The notes under the pieces: model-generated
What the model saw: only the letters and a program-made list of their open reading frames with translations
The model's database searches: none
Told to the model about the DNA's origin: nothing
Part shown: one piece after another, positions 49,036 through 62,057 of the stretch
Numbering within the stretch: position 1 is the stretch's first letter
How the letters are laid out: every line of letters begins with the position of its first letter
Source of the DNA: Nemertoderma westbladi
Taxonomy: Eukaryota; Animalia; Xenacoelomorpha
Direction of reading: 5' to 3'
NCBI GenBank assembly: GCA_032718475.1
Contig: JAUCBJ010008027.1
Coordinates: forward strand, 32,010 to 96,009
DNA length: 64,000 nucleotides
Program-made: the position numbers and the translations under genes

Positions 49036-50834
49036 GCCTGTTCTCGGAGCCACTCCCTCTGTGATAGAGACCCCTGTACTTCCAGAACCTAACTCTAAAT
49101 TCCCTTTGCACAGTACTAAACTACCTGTGCCCAGTAGAACAGCCCCTGAATCAATCCCGGTCCTGGACGCCGAGCAAGACATCAACGATTTGTCGCCCAT
49201 CGTCCCTCGTCTACCCGCTACTATGTTGGCGGCTCCCGCTTCAGCGGTAGAGTGGGTGGATGAGGGACGGCGGGGGATGGATCTCCTGCTCGGGCAATTG
49301 GAGGAACATCGCTTACGTTCCTCCCAGCAGGTTCGAGAGATGGAAGGGACTGTTCAGCAGTTAAAGGGAACCGTAAGAGAGGGTAGGTTAGAGTTACAAG
49401 AAGTGCAGCAGAGCATCGCGTTAGAACGCGATAAGTTAGTAAATATACAAAAGGGTATACCACCACCCCCTGTAACAATGTGTCAACCTGTTAGGTCTGA
49501 AGTATTTCATGCGCAAGGTGTGGAGCGTACACGCATCTATACTGCTAGTGAAATAGAAACTCCTATAGTAAACCCTATTAAGGGTAATTATAAACCTGTT
49601 GATAATGATATTCCATATAGACCTGATCATAATCCGAGAAATTTATATACCGATAACTCGATATTAAATAATACGATGGCCCAAGAAAGTTTTACGCGTC
49701 AAATGGCTAGAACCGAAGCCCGTTGAGTGGTAAAGGTGGGAGAGATCGTCAAGTTCAATGGAGATGAGATGAAATGGTTACGTTTTAATGAATATTATAA
49801 AGATAACATACAGAACTCTGTACTATCTAACAGAGAGTAACTTAGATTCCTCATCGAGTGCTTGGAAGGACCTCCCAAGTTAATGGCGTTAAAGTTTATT
49901 GGACATCCAGATGGATTAAGACAAGTTTGGGATACACTAAACATCAGGTATGGTAATAGGACTAACATAGCTAGGTATTTGTATGCGAAATTATTCAGGA
50001 GATCTGTAGACAGCTAGATTGGTTAGGCAAGTCTCATGAATACCAGAGTTCCATGGTTGTTGGAGCCATAGCATCTACTTTGCCAAAGGGTGGAGTAGGT
50101 ACTCGTTGGGACAAAAGAGTTCTCTATATGATGGACCAGCAACAAAGGGACCCTACCATGGCTGATCTCATGTCATTCCTAAATGGAGAGGTAAGATTAC
50201 AGCTCCTAAAGCAGTCCCGAGAGAAGACACCAGAAAATAAGGTGAGTGAAAAACCCGTTTCTAGGAGAAAGGTAACACCAGTGTGTTATACCGATGACGG
50301 CGAAAGCCAGACCTCCCACGAGGAGAATAGCGGGAAAGACACCGAAAGATCTTATTATGTCAACAAAACAAGGAAAGACGTAAGTAAATCTAAGGCTCAA
50401 ACCAGTGACAGGAGAGAACAGGTAACAACAACTCCTCCTACGTCTCCTAAGAGAATTCATGGAAGAAAGCCCGAGGAAAGAACAAGTGTGCACAACACCA
50501 CACAGGTTAAAGTAAGTAATATCAAACCCAAGTTTGCGTTGTGCGATGGGCCCATCGCTTGAGTGGATGTGATGAATTCTTGAAGAAATCCCTAAAGGAT
50601 AGACGTGATGTCATGTGGGATAAGCGGTTGTGTTATAATTGTCTCAGGCAAGGACACCAATGGCGGACCTGTTACTCAGACGCGAGGTGTGCTAATTGCG
50701 GCGCGAAACATCATATCTTGCTGCACACAGAATTTGACAGAACCCGCACGAGTCAGGTAAGTGAGCCCAAACTACATGTCCAATTCAGTGATGTGAACGA
50801 CACTGACCACAGCTCTGAGATGGAAGGTTAATAC

Positions 50835-51965
50835 GTGTTGGAGGGAGACTAACTAATGCTCCATTATCCTTTGACACTAAGTTTCCCATACTCATTAGAA
50901 ATCTTGAAATACAAATCAAGATGATTGTAGATGTTCACAGTAGGCTTTACCATGCTGGTAGAGAACGAGTTCTTAGCGAAATTCTAACTCGCTATTATTT
51001 CCATAAACCCCGTAGAGCTCTGAACCAAGTTCTTAGGAACTGAATACCCTGTAGGAAAGCATCCAGTAGGCCTTTAAAACAGCGAGAGGCAGAATTACCT
51101 AGGGAACGAGTAAGCTTCTATGAACCACCCTTTACTAATACCAGTGTGGATTTATTTGGCCCTATTGAAGTATATCGTGCTAGGACTATAGTCAAGCGAT
51201 GGTGTGTCATCTTTATCTGTATGACTTGTAGAGCGACCCATCTAGATATGGTGAACGATCTATCTACCAACAGCTTCATACTGAGCTTACGCCGACAGAT
51301 CGCTCGCTTTGGAACTAGCAACACGATGAGATCTGATAAGGGAACGAACTTCATTGGTGCCAATAATGAGATCAAAGCTTACGTTAAAGATTGGAACCAA
51401 AGACAGGTGGACGGTCAGCTAAGGGTAACAGCATCTAGCTGGACCTTCAATGCCGCCGACGCCCCTTGGTGGGGAGGAAGTTGGGAGAGATTAATAAGGA
51501 GCGTGAAGACCGCATTTCACTTTATAGTGCCTTGCCGCGCGTATCTCACCGACGAACTTTTGCGGACGTTAATGGAAGAAATCGCCGCCTATCTTAACGA
51601 GAGACCGCTTATGCCAGTCTCATCGAGGCCCGACTCCCTAGAAGCGCTAACACCCGCGCATTTCCTACTGAAGAAACCTGTAGCCATGCTCACACAATCG
51701 GAAATACGGATGGAGATGAATACTGCCGACAAACTTGGCAACTTATTATTATCCCGTCGTTTCGCTGACCATTTTGAAAAACATTATCTGCCTACGCTAA
51801 AACTTCGAACCAAGTGGTTTGCGCAGCAAGAAAACGTCAGCGCCGGAGACATGGTCCTTATTGTGGAATCAGATCTTCCATGTAAGCGGTGGCAGACAGG
51901 TCGTATCATCGAGACTCATATATCCGATGATGGTTTAGTGCGATCGGTAGAACTCGTCGTCATGC
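50835..51965 (+). pseudogene. Integrase region of element E
   Basis: HH-CC zinc domain with stops, DDE core in ORF 51146-52078, DGLVRSV tail. Confidence 0.88.
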
Positions 51966-53692
51966 GACGTAACTTTAAGAAACCTGGAATTGTATTCGAA
52001 ACACAGCAACTTAATTATTTTATATCTGTTTTATTATTTTTATATTTATGTATGTATTATTATGTAATTTTGTTATAATCGTTTTCTTTTATTTTATTTA
52101 GTAGAATGTTATTTTAGCGATTATTTAGTAGATTAGTGCAATATATATATTCGTGTTTATTACTTAATTACTTAGCATTATATTTAGTGTAACAGCGAGA
52201 AATAATTATTTTTCTCTTTCCATACTGTCCATATCATATTATAAATACGTGACTACAGTAAGATGAAATGTCCGTACTTATTTAAGTACAATAAAGCTCC
52301 TACTATACTCAAGTATTATTGGTAAGTAGAGTATTAGGAATGCAAAGTTCAGATCCTCGTGTCTCGGCTAAACCAAGCTCTGGGTAGACCTTGGAAACGA
52401 CTTGCCTCTTCTCACTGACATTGCTTCTTGCAATATTGCTCTCATACTGTATATTAAATAATACATATAGTAGAGTGATGTCCCTTTAACAGTAGCGTAA
52501 AACGCAAAATAAATATGTTAAAACCTTTGACCTTTAAACCCTATCGCGGCACCCACCGATATACTTGAAAGACAAAATTCTAGAATCAGTGGTTAACGTC
52601 CCCAGACATATTCTGGAATAAATCGGTGCCCATCTTAAATATTTAATATTTATAAAAATCTATTAAACCAAATGTTATAATAGAGTAAATGCAGACAATT
52701 AAACTCTAAGGAGTTTGTAAACCAAGAAAATCTATAAATCAAAAATCTGTTAAAATTCAGATCCTTTAAAATTCTAGTCGATTAAGATATCGTAGCACTT
52801 ACCGATACTCATAAAAAGACAAATTTCCTAGAATTAAGGATCCTAGTTCCCTGACATGTTCTGGAATAAAATTGTGTCTATTTTAATATTAAATTATAAA
52901 ATTTACGGGAATAAATTTAAATTCATATCCTCTCATGAATTTGATAAATTGTCATTTTATACAATTTATAACATTCCCAAAATTCCATTAATTAATAGAT
53001 CATGGGAGCGGAGATTCACCCTATTAAGTATATTAGTGTGCGAGAATCTCCAATGTATAGTCAATAGCCGATAAAATTCATAAAATCATGTATAAAGGGG
53101 AATATTGACAATTAAAGAATTACTATTAAATAGCATCCCTGATCTGTATGCATGAGAATTACCCTAATTCTACTGCTAGCTTTCCATAATGTCACCATAG
53201 CAACAACCACGCTAGAATTAGAAGCGAGTTAAAAGAACAATAGAAAGCTTGCCCCATTGAATAGCATATGGAATAAATAGCACACTGATAGTATCCAGGG
53301 ATACATAATAACAACGTGGCATTCTGGAAGGCACTTGACTAACGGACAAATGTCCCGAATGTGTACAATTTGTGACAAGTGTGTGGAATTTGTGTATTTA
53401 TAGGTGAATGTTACTACTAAAGTGTGTTTACAGTAGCGAGTAGCAGTTGTGAAAGTCACCCTGCCTCTATAGCAAGAACCTGAAGTAATTCTGAGCCCTT
53501 GGGACGGACAGTGGAGTGACTCGCGCTGGTTATTGTTGTCGTTGTGTAGCTACTACGTTGGCGAGAGACACAGCGGCGGCAGTACATCAGCGCTGAGGAG
53601 CTTACGCTGTCCGGGGGCATTGAGGGGGAGGCAGCGACGACCGCTAGCCTAAATATAATTAATTATAATATCGATAAACTCATATAGCATCT

Positions 53693-55897
53693 ATGACTGA
53701 GTTGATAGAAGATGATCTTGGTATCAGGGAGCGATATACCCTACCATTGCAAGCGTTTGTTGATAGTTTAATACGCGGCGACGTTAGTCAACCCACTACG
53801 GAGGACGATGGCCGTTATATCGAACCTCCAATGTCAAAGGAACAGCTCACGCGTGAATTGGACTATAGAAAATTCACCGCTCACTATACGCATCGTAATG
53901 GTACGTATATGGACTTCTTAACTACTGGTCATCCTATCGATTTACATGATACGGACGATGTAGACACCGAAAGGGAAATGATCCTATTTTAAATATCATA
54001 CCCAGCGGAGTTGGAACAATAAACTGAGAATCGGACACGAAAATTCTATTCGAAACTGACTCGAAAGAGAAGACGTTGAAGAGCCGGATAAACGCAGTGA
54101 CTTCAGCGAATATCTGGAATTCTTGAGAGAAACATATCTCAATATAGCCAGTCAACAAAACCTAGAAACTCGATATCCTCAAGGTATACATCATGACCCT
54201 ATGATAGAACTCAAACGACTCTATTTCACTATGATGTATCTTACCGCCGATCGACCACTACCTGTTGTACCGGATAGCTTCGAACAGATGGAGGAATATT
54301 GTAAAACTGGAGAAAGATCACCCGCGTTTCCCCTACAAGACGTGCGTCTTTGGTATTATTGCGATGAATGCCCTAGACCCAACCAACAAACGGAAAGACA
54401 TAAACATCCGCGGAGACGTTGCGCTAAACACAGTTTTACTCGCTATAGTTACGGGAGTTTCAAGCGAAACTTGTTCGATGTATCACCTACGCTCGCTCGA
54501 CTCAAACGATCCTTAAATAAACTGATGATCAGAATTCTGGAATACTTGGTCAGACCTCCTCATTCCCTAGTGAGACCTCAGACTCTTGATCCTAATAGTA
54601 TCACGGATCCTCCTGAACTGTACTCACTGTTCAAAGATCTAGTGTTACCCGAACAATTAATCAGTGGCACCCCGGTAGTGGGCTCTCTAGATATTCGCCC
54701 ATCCTACCTAGCCGGATTAGGACGCGGACATTTAATATCGCCATTCAACCCGTATAATCGTCCCGGTCTAACCCCGATACAACCTGTCACCGAGGTGGAG
54801 GAGAGCGTTGTACGAAACGCGCTAGATGCTATTCGACAAAAGATTGGAAAAGGAACTTACGATTGTTTAGATAAACATAAATTGCAGCGGCAAGTCCAAG
54901 CGGTAAAAGAATTAGCTTTACCCCAGTTTGATAGGGAAATCCAGAATCTCGAGGAAGACATCGAAATTGGACGAATCTACTCTCTGCAAGAGTTTTTGGA
55001 CGAACGCTTCCAACGACAAGCGGAGGAAAATCAGCTTGAGGAGAAGCATATCGAAATGGACAAGAGAGAAGAAGCAGCTTTAGCCCAACCAGAAGCTCAA
55101 ATCCTTATGACTGATCTCTATTCCAAAACCATCATTCATCCCTCGATAGTTCCCCATTTCGGAGACAAACTCTTCACCACGGTACAACCCCAACCGGTTG
55201 ATATCAACTTAAGATCTCAAGATCTTATCGCTGACGCTCCTATGTTACAACATCCGCCAATCGAGGCCGCTCGTGTCGATGGTATACTCGTTGAACCTCC
55301 GGACAATCGAGCGGATCTTGTCCGTCGTATGGTACACGAGGTCAACCTACGCACTAGACCTTTACCGAACTCATTTTATGGGATCAAAGACCACCCTTAT
55401 TATGTCAATTTAACTCAATATTATATGGTGAAACCGGAAGATCCTACATACAGTTTAAGGTTTCTACCATTGATAAATCACGCGGTGACTTGTTCATAAA
55501 CTCGCATCCAGAGCTACAAGAAGTTCATAGACGACCCTATGAATATAGAGCCCGAGAACGCGAGTTAGAAAGAACCATCAAACCGAGGAAATTTCTCACT
55601 ACTCACGGTCCACCTACCGCTCTCGTGCAAACGACTCGTCAGGGACCAGTAAGAGCTGCTGTCTTGAAACGCGCTCTAAAGGTTGTTCAACCTCGTTCCA
55701 CTGAGGTTGATATCGATCAACCAGGTACCTCGACCGGCGGATACACCGACCGTAACCCCAAACCTTCCGTTGCAATTGTATTGCACCCCTCACCCAGGAG
55801 TTATAGCCCTCCTAGTAAAGTGGCTCGCCCCAAAGAGAAAAGGACTCTTGCTAGCCTCAAAAAACTTCGTAAACGCCGTTCACGTAAGAAGGACTAA
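53693..55897 (+). pseudogene. Accessory ORF3 of element E (~730 codons, frameshifted), unknown function
   Basis: Consecutive ORFs 53693-53992, 54123-55499 and 55490-55897; CxxC...CxxH cluster, coiled coil, basic tail KKLRKRRSRKKD; lies between IN and the PPT. Confidence 0.68.
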
Positions 55898-55975
55898 TTG
55901 TTTAGAGTATTTTTGTATTTTAGAAACTGTGATTTTTTATATTTTATAGAATTAAATCCCATTTTCTGGGAGCGG

Positions 55976-56587
55976 TGTAAAAGCTTTTGCGGACATAACA
56001 AGTCATTTTTTCCCGCAATGCACGGTGTAGGTGCTTTAGCGGATATAACAAGTCGTTTTTGCCGCAATGCGCATAATAGTCTAAAAGATTGGAGCTCAGA
56101 TGACGAAATCTGTCAGCTGCTTTCCTGTAGACGTGGAACCTCTTTGTTCTGCTCAGCCAATCAGAGCGATTTTCACTTTATGTTGAACAGGGGCCTATGG
56201 AAAACCGCGCAATGCATTACAGTCTTTGTTTACCTTTCTGAGCCAGAAAACCCGCTTAGAAATCTTCTGTACTTCTGTTGTGGAAGTTTCAGACTTTGGC
56301 CTAAACATCTGATGGCTTTGATTACAAAAACGTAAAACTATTAACCTGGAGCACTGAATCATACTCCTTCTCATTCTACAATTCAACATTGCTGCACATG
56401 GAACACTGCATAAGTAACACATACTGACTGTTCACCGCATTATTTGCTTCTGTTATAAATTGGTGTTATGTTAATTGTATATTGCTGATATATTTGGAGA
56501 ATACCGATGAATAATCATAAAACCCCCAATCTTCTTGATTACTGAAGGTGAGAGGAACAGGTTTACCGGTAGCAACTGCGACTTACA
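55976..56587 (+). repeat. Putative 3' LTR of element E
   Basis: Purine tract then TGTAA...TTACA inverted termini; no second copy in the window. Confidence 0.5.
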
Positions 56588-56995
56588 TTATAGTGGTTTT
56601 TGTGTGAATTAAATGCTATTTCATAATCCCTACATGTGTCAGTTGCGATCCTCCTTATATATGATCAAATTCAGTGACGGTCGGCAGATCAGTGCGAAGT
56701 AGTGTGAAGTAGTGTGAAGTCGTGTGAAGTAGTGTGAAGGTTAATAAAGCATCTCCTAAAGAATGCGCTTTTTACGAAACTCTTTGGCCATCTAGTTGTG
56801 ATTAGTATAAGTCATAACTCTGTTTTTATACCTAAAGCGCCACGTCCTAAAGGAACTGTTAATATTTCCCCGAAAGTAAATATATTGTCAGAGATTATAT
56901 AGTAACGATCAATCGAATAATACAGTAGGTCTGCACCGCAATCACTATCAAAGCATCCGAATCCAGTCTCCCTTAACTGTGGGTGAATGATCGCG

Positions 56996-57028
56996 CATCA
57001 GCCGAAGCCAGTCTGGCTTCGGCTGATG
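56996..57028. repeat. Perfect 16-bp-arm inverted repeat
   Basis: CATCAGCCGAAGCCAG-T-CTGGCTTCGGCTGATG. Confidence 0.9.
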
Positions 57029-57564
57029 TAACTTCAGTACACTAAATAATTGATCTAGGCTAAAGTCGATTTATAAACCAAAGGACAACTAAAATTGGCA
57101 GGTTAAACTGCTAAAGGTCTAAAAGCGCGAACAAGTAGCGTAAACAGTCTGTACCTGGCCTGGATAGGGGTACCCCAATCGCCAGAAGACTTTTTTAAAT
57201 CGATGTAAATTATACTGTACAGTGTACATGAGTAATTTTTGTCGTCGAAATATTGATGCATTTTTTCGAAGACAGATATTAGAGCATGGGAGGTGGATGT
57301 ATCTTTGGGTGGAAACCGTAATGGGAGGATGATAAGATATAATATTTCTGAATGTATGATAATAGCTGAGAGTAAATTAATTGTTCGAAAACTTTAATTA
57401 GGATGGGCAAAAGAGAAATAGGGCGGAATTATTTCAGTCGGTGTTGTCACCTGATTTAATAACTGGTATAACCTTAGTTTTTTTTAGACATTTGGGAAAA
57501 AACCATGAGTTATAGAAATTTTGAAGAGGCATATTAATATTTACTCCCCCATCACATTGTACTG

Positions 57565-57790
57565 ATTGGTTTGCACAAGCGCTAATGTGCGGCGAGCGAC
57601 GAAAGTAAGCGAGCTTTGCATACAGGTACCACTAACTCAATCGGTGTGTCTGTTATTCTGTTGATCTGTTGTTCTGTCGTGTCCAATTTTAAACGTTAAT
57701 AACTCAGCCAAATGTTAATGAAATTTAACCAAACTTGGTACACATGTAGTCTGGCAAAAGTTTAGAAATTTTCCAAGTTGAATTTGCGTG
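57565..57790 (+). mobile_element. Possible Helentron-associated (HINE/DINE-like) non-autonomous repeat fragment
   Basis: GCGAGC..GCGAGC, a CTGT-like microsatellite, then AACTC...AAACTTGGTACACA, a layout typical of such elements. Confidence 0.4.
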
Positions 57791-59020
57791 GGATCTTCGT
57801 GCAGCATCTGTGTAACTGTCTTACGGTTATAATAAATTAATCTACCCAAAAATTATTAGGCTTGGCATCATCTGGTTGCTAGGGGACTACAGGATTTCAG
57901 TACAGTACCGGCACTGTTAACAGTTACAGTGGTACAGAGTTACTGGTACCGTCTTCAGGTCGTTGGCAACGGCAAGGCCATCTAAACAACTTCTTCATCT
58001 AAACAGCTTCCGACAGTCCGATGTATCTGGACCCGAGCAGCCGAGTGGCATCAAGATGCGATTAACTGAAGAATAAATACTACGGAATTGCTTGCTTGTC
58101 AGTAAGAGTATATATACTACACTGGGAATACGGCGGTCGGTCGGATCGTAATGCGGGCACACATTGGTTGGTAGGAAGGGGGGGGGGGGGGGGGGGGGGG
58201 GTGCAGATTAAATTAAAAGGGCTGAACACGTACTGTCCCCCTTTCTTTGATTGATTGTCGGTATGGTTAAATTGCTCAAATACTGATTTTGTGATACAGT
58301 CGCTCAATTTTAATTTGTATCTCATAACTGGGCCTCGTCCTGCGCGAAGGCCCCACGAACGTGTCTTAAGTGTGTACACTCACTGTGCGAAATTTATACA
58401 GCCCTGAACCAGTACTGCCAAACACTATTGTGAATGCAGTTCTGGTGCTGTATCCACTGCGATCAGACAGAATTGTTCCACCACCCAAATATTATTGTTG
58501 GAACTTTTGACATACTAATTATGTGTATCAAGAACCCCAGAACGGCCACGCTAAGGTTAACCTTACTTCGTGGCTCAATTACAATTACTATATTCAACTC
58601 ACAATTACAATGTTAACATTAAATATCATGTGATAAAATTACAGCAAATTACATTACAAAATTACGATTAATTAATTATAGACTTTAGAGGATTAAAGAT
58701 TACATAGAGACATTAAGGAAGCAAATAGTCAATTAATTGAATCGGCCCATGTGTTGTAGTAGACCAGACTTTCTGCTTTATATTTTACCATGCAGTTTAC
58801 CCCCATCGCCATGTGAAGAATATCAGGTTTTCACAAAGAACCCAGATTACAGAAGAGCTGAATCTATAACCAAAACAATAAACGAATTAAAACAATAAAC
58901 GCGCAATAAAATACTTAATAAGGATAAATTAAAAAAAATACAAATTCTTCATATATAAAATAGTTAGTTTTGGTAGCTCCTCATACCATTAAAAGATAAT
59001 GATCTTTTAATGGTATGAGT

Positions 59021-60685
59021 TTAATGGTATGAGTTTAATGGTAACTCTATCATTAAAAATTTAAAACGATGCAAAAGTGTATTAAGAATAAATTCCGAGA
59101 TATCAATGTCAATTTGCGAGAAACCCCTAAAAACACCCCTAGTTAGATAATTTATGTTTGAGTTCTTTAGCCCTTCCCTGGGATTTCCCGAAGAAAATAC
59201 ATTATAAAGGTCGACTAGAATCTCTTCTTTGGTCACTGCCGGTTCAACAATCAGGCAATCAATCGATATCTTTCTCAAATTTGGGAAGCTACGCAGGGCT
59301 GTTATAAGATTCCTGTAAGACACACCACCTATAAGAAGGGCCTTTACAGAGTTCATTAGCGGAAGGAAGTTTCCTACATCGGTGAACTCTAGAAATAATT
59401 CCTTTAAGTTCGGGAACATCCGATCTAAATCAACCAATGAAACTTTGCACCAATCCAATACAACATGTTCGACCTGAGGTAAAGTAACTCCTCTGTTAAC
59501 AGCATCCGAAATAAATTGATAAACATCGAGTTCATAAAAACGCAAAAACTGTAAATGTGCAAATTCTTGTAGCGGTGCTAATAGTGGCTCTTCAACAAAA
59601 GACTTATAAATTTGCAAATTCCGACTACAACGTCCTAAACTGAAATTTAAACGCTCAACTGTATCTTTGCAGTGATAGAGAACTACTTTAAGTTGGTCAT
59701 AGATAGATTCAGTAGGTTCTGAAACAACAGAATTCTCAAACAATGCGAAAGTGAAATCACGGAATTTGAAGTTTGTATCAGATGGATTTATTTCACGTTT
59801 AATTAAACCCTTTAGTAGCTTCATTGAAATATTTTTATTTATTATGATCGAAACCCGAGGTAGGCCTAATACTTTCTGTAAATGTAAATTTATCAGATCG
59901 TCTACTGATATTTTACAACATCCACTTATGTTTAAAGTTCGCAAACTTCCTAGTTGGTAAAGACAACGAAGTCCCGCAGAGGTGACATCGCATACTGGAG
60001 GAAAGCACAAGGATACCAGGTTGGGACATGATTGTGCTATAGCGTTGACTGTGTCATCATTTACTCTCAAGGATTTCATCTTTAGTGCGTTGAGTTGGGG
60101 GAATTGAACTTTACCAAATATCCAATTATCCGCCTCCATTAGGGTGGGGTGGGTCAAAAAAATATCCTCCTCCAACTCCCTCAACCCTGGAGACATTAGG
60201 CCTAATGAGACCCATTGTAAAAGATTGATAATTAAATCTTTAGGAAATTGTTCGCCAAACACTTCACGCACACCACTGCGTCGTTTCACTATAATGATAT
60301 CTAGGGGAAAGAAACATTGATCTAAGAATATGTCTTTATAGGATTCCATAATGGAGTACAAAGTTATTCGCTTTTTTTTGTGCTTGCGAGGCACTAGGGA
60401 GGGTAGTTTGTGCGGCGGAGTTTGTTCTTTATATAGAAGTTCCAGTTGATTAAATGCCAATAGATAGGAACGCAGTATATATTTTCTCATGACCATACGA
60501 AGTCTGGGTGCAGTCAACGCTAGCCAGTTACAGACTTCAGTAATATCGAGAGATTTTTTCTGATATTCGGCGGTTACAATTACCTTTGCTAATGTCCGGG
60601 TGACACCTGTATAACATATTTCCTGTAATGTTAGGATACGCCCATCCGAGTTGGGAATAACTACTGCGTTATTCACTCTATCCAT
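59021..60685 (-). CDS. Intronless leucine-rich-repeat protein (554 aa) with an N-terminal BC-box-like motif
   Basis: TLQEICYTGV BC-box-like motif; cysteine-containing LRRs (AIAQSCPNLVSL, LRTLNISGCCKIS, FPNLKEL, FPNLRKI); fully open. Confidence 0.85.
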   Translation of the reverse strand: MDRVNNAVVIPNSDGRILTLQEICYTGVTRTLAKVIVTAEYQKKSLDITEVCNWLALTAPRLRMVMRKYILRSYLLAFNQLELLYKEQTPPHKLPSLVPRKHKKKRITLYSIMESYKDIFLDQCFFPLDIIIVKRRSGVREVFGEQFPKDLIINLLQWVSLGLMSPGLRELEEDIFLTHPTLMEADNWIFGKVQFPQLNALKMKSLRVNDDTVNAIAQSCPNLVSLCFPPVCDVTSAGLRCLYQLGSLRTLNISGCCKISVDDLINLHLQKVLGLPRVSIIINKNISMKLLKGLIKREINPSDTNFKFRDFTFALFENSVVSEPTESIYDQLKVVLYHCKDTVERLNFSLGRCSRNLQIYKSFVEEPLLAPLQEFAHLQFLRFYELDVYQFISDAVNRGVTLPQVEHVVLDWCKVSLVDLDRMFPNLKELFLEFTDVGNFLPLMNSVKALLIGGVSYRNLITALRSFPNLRKISIDCLIVEPAVTKEEILVDLYNVFSSGNPREGLKNSNINYLTRGVFRGFSQIDIDISEFILNTLLHRFKFLMIELPLNSYH

Positions 60686-61407
60686 GGCTGCGCTGGGTAA
60701 TCACCTACGGTTATACTGTCAGTATGTCTATGTCGTACCGGTAGCCTACTACAGTACAGCAGTACTACTACAGTACTACTACTTGAAAGTTGAAACAGAG
60801 TAACACACTAAACTACTAGCGCGCTGTACCGGTCACTGATAGGTCAGTAGGCCGGTCTGAATAATCCTGTAATCACCCAACTACTGTCTGACCGAACACC
60901 GAACACTCACTTTGTTCACAAGCACTTTGTTCGGGTAAATCTTTGACCTGAAATCTTAAAAGATTATAGATAAATACAAAATACGACAGTTCAATTAATT
61001 TTATTATATTAATTTGCATTTGCCTTTGCATCTTTTATTTATGAATATACTGTATTTAGCGACAAAAACGTACAAATAAAAGAATATTGGGAATTACAGT
61101 ACGTACATGCATTGAACGTAAATTGAACGATATATATATGTTTCAATCATCTTCTTGTTTCTATCTCGCTGTCTGTCCTTTTATTAATGACCCATATTAT
61201 TATAAATTGTCCCATTGTGTTAATTTTTAGTTAGTCTAGAGGAACAAGACTAAAAGTGATCCGAGAAGAGTTGAATTTAGATACATGACTGTAATGAGTA
61301 TTGGAAAAATACAAAATCTTCATTATTGCAGATATATAGTATTAATTATTTAGGGCCGGTTCATAAGTAAACTACCCCCCCCCCCCCGCAACTAGCGCAA
61401 CCTATCA

Positions 61408-61634
61408 AAATAAAAATATTATTATAATATAATTAAGTATATAATACTTAATCGAAAATCCATAGCAGGATGAGTTTGCAAGAATGCCAGACGAACTAAA
61501 CAGCATTAGCTGTTTACAACAATATTTTTATTTAAAATAAAAATATTATTATAATATAATTAAGTATAACACTTAATCGACAATCCATAGCAGATGAGTT
61601 TGTTAGAATGCCAGACGAACTAAACAGCATTAGC
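61408..61634. repeat. ~127-bp-period tandem duplication
   Basis: AAATAAAAATATTATTATAATATAATTAAG...GCCAGACGAACTAAACAGCATTAGC occurs twice. Confidence 0.85.
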
Positions 61635-62057
61635 GAAGTGTACAGTATTTATCAATTAATTACTGTAACACTTTTAGTACGGAAATTATGATATATAGGA
61701 ATTATTAGGGATTTACAGTCCCAATCCCAATAAACATTAACTTGGTCGTTTTGGCGGCCAAAATGACCAAAATCACCAAAAAAATGTAGTGTATTCCTAT
61801 GGGCTACTTGGTCGTTTTGGCGAAGCGATTTAACTCGAATCAGCTCAATCCGGACAGTCTGTCTCCTTGGCCATCCATTTGGTGGATCTGACTAAATGTC
61901 GGCTTGCTTTCATTTTTATGATTGACAGATTGTTGACTTACCCGGCGCTGAGCCTTGCAGCACTGGTGTCCGCCCACTGAGGCATTGATAGAGTACACAG
62001 TCTTATAAAAGGAGTTGAATGGGGCTTCGTTAAAGGAGGAGTATGTATAATAATCTG

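Larger units (their letters stand above)
49036..56587 (+). mobile_element. BEL/Pao element E (same family as A), 5'-truncated, PR-RT-RH deleted, with extra ORF3 and putative 3' LTR
   Basis: gag homologous to 1-640, knuckle CYNCLRQGHQWRTC, direct jump near 50835 to integrase (VDLFGP, SDKGTNF, WERL), PPT-like GGGAGCGG|TGTAA. Confidence 0.8.

Noticed and set aside
58177-58201. Long poly-G tract as a regulatory G-quadruplex
   Set aside because: Similar homopolymers are scattered through the window (44355, 44620, 48309, 61375), so no specific evidence.
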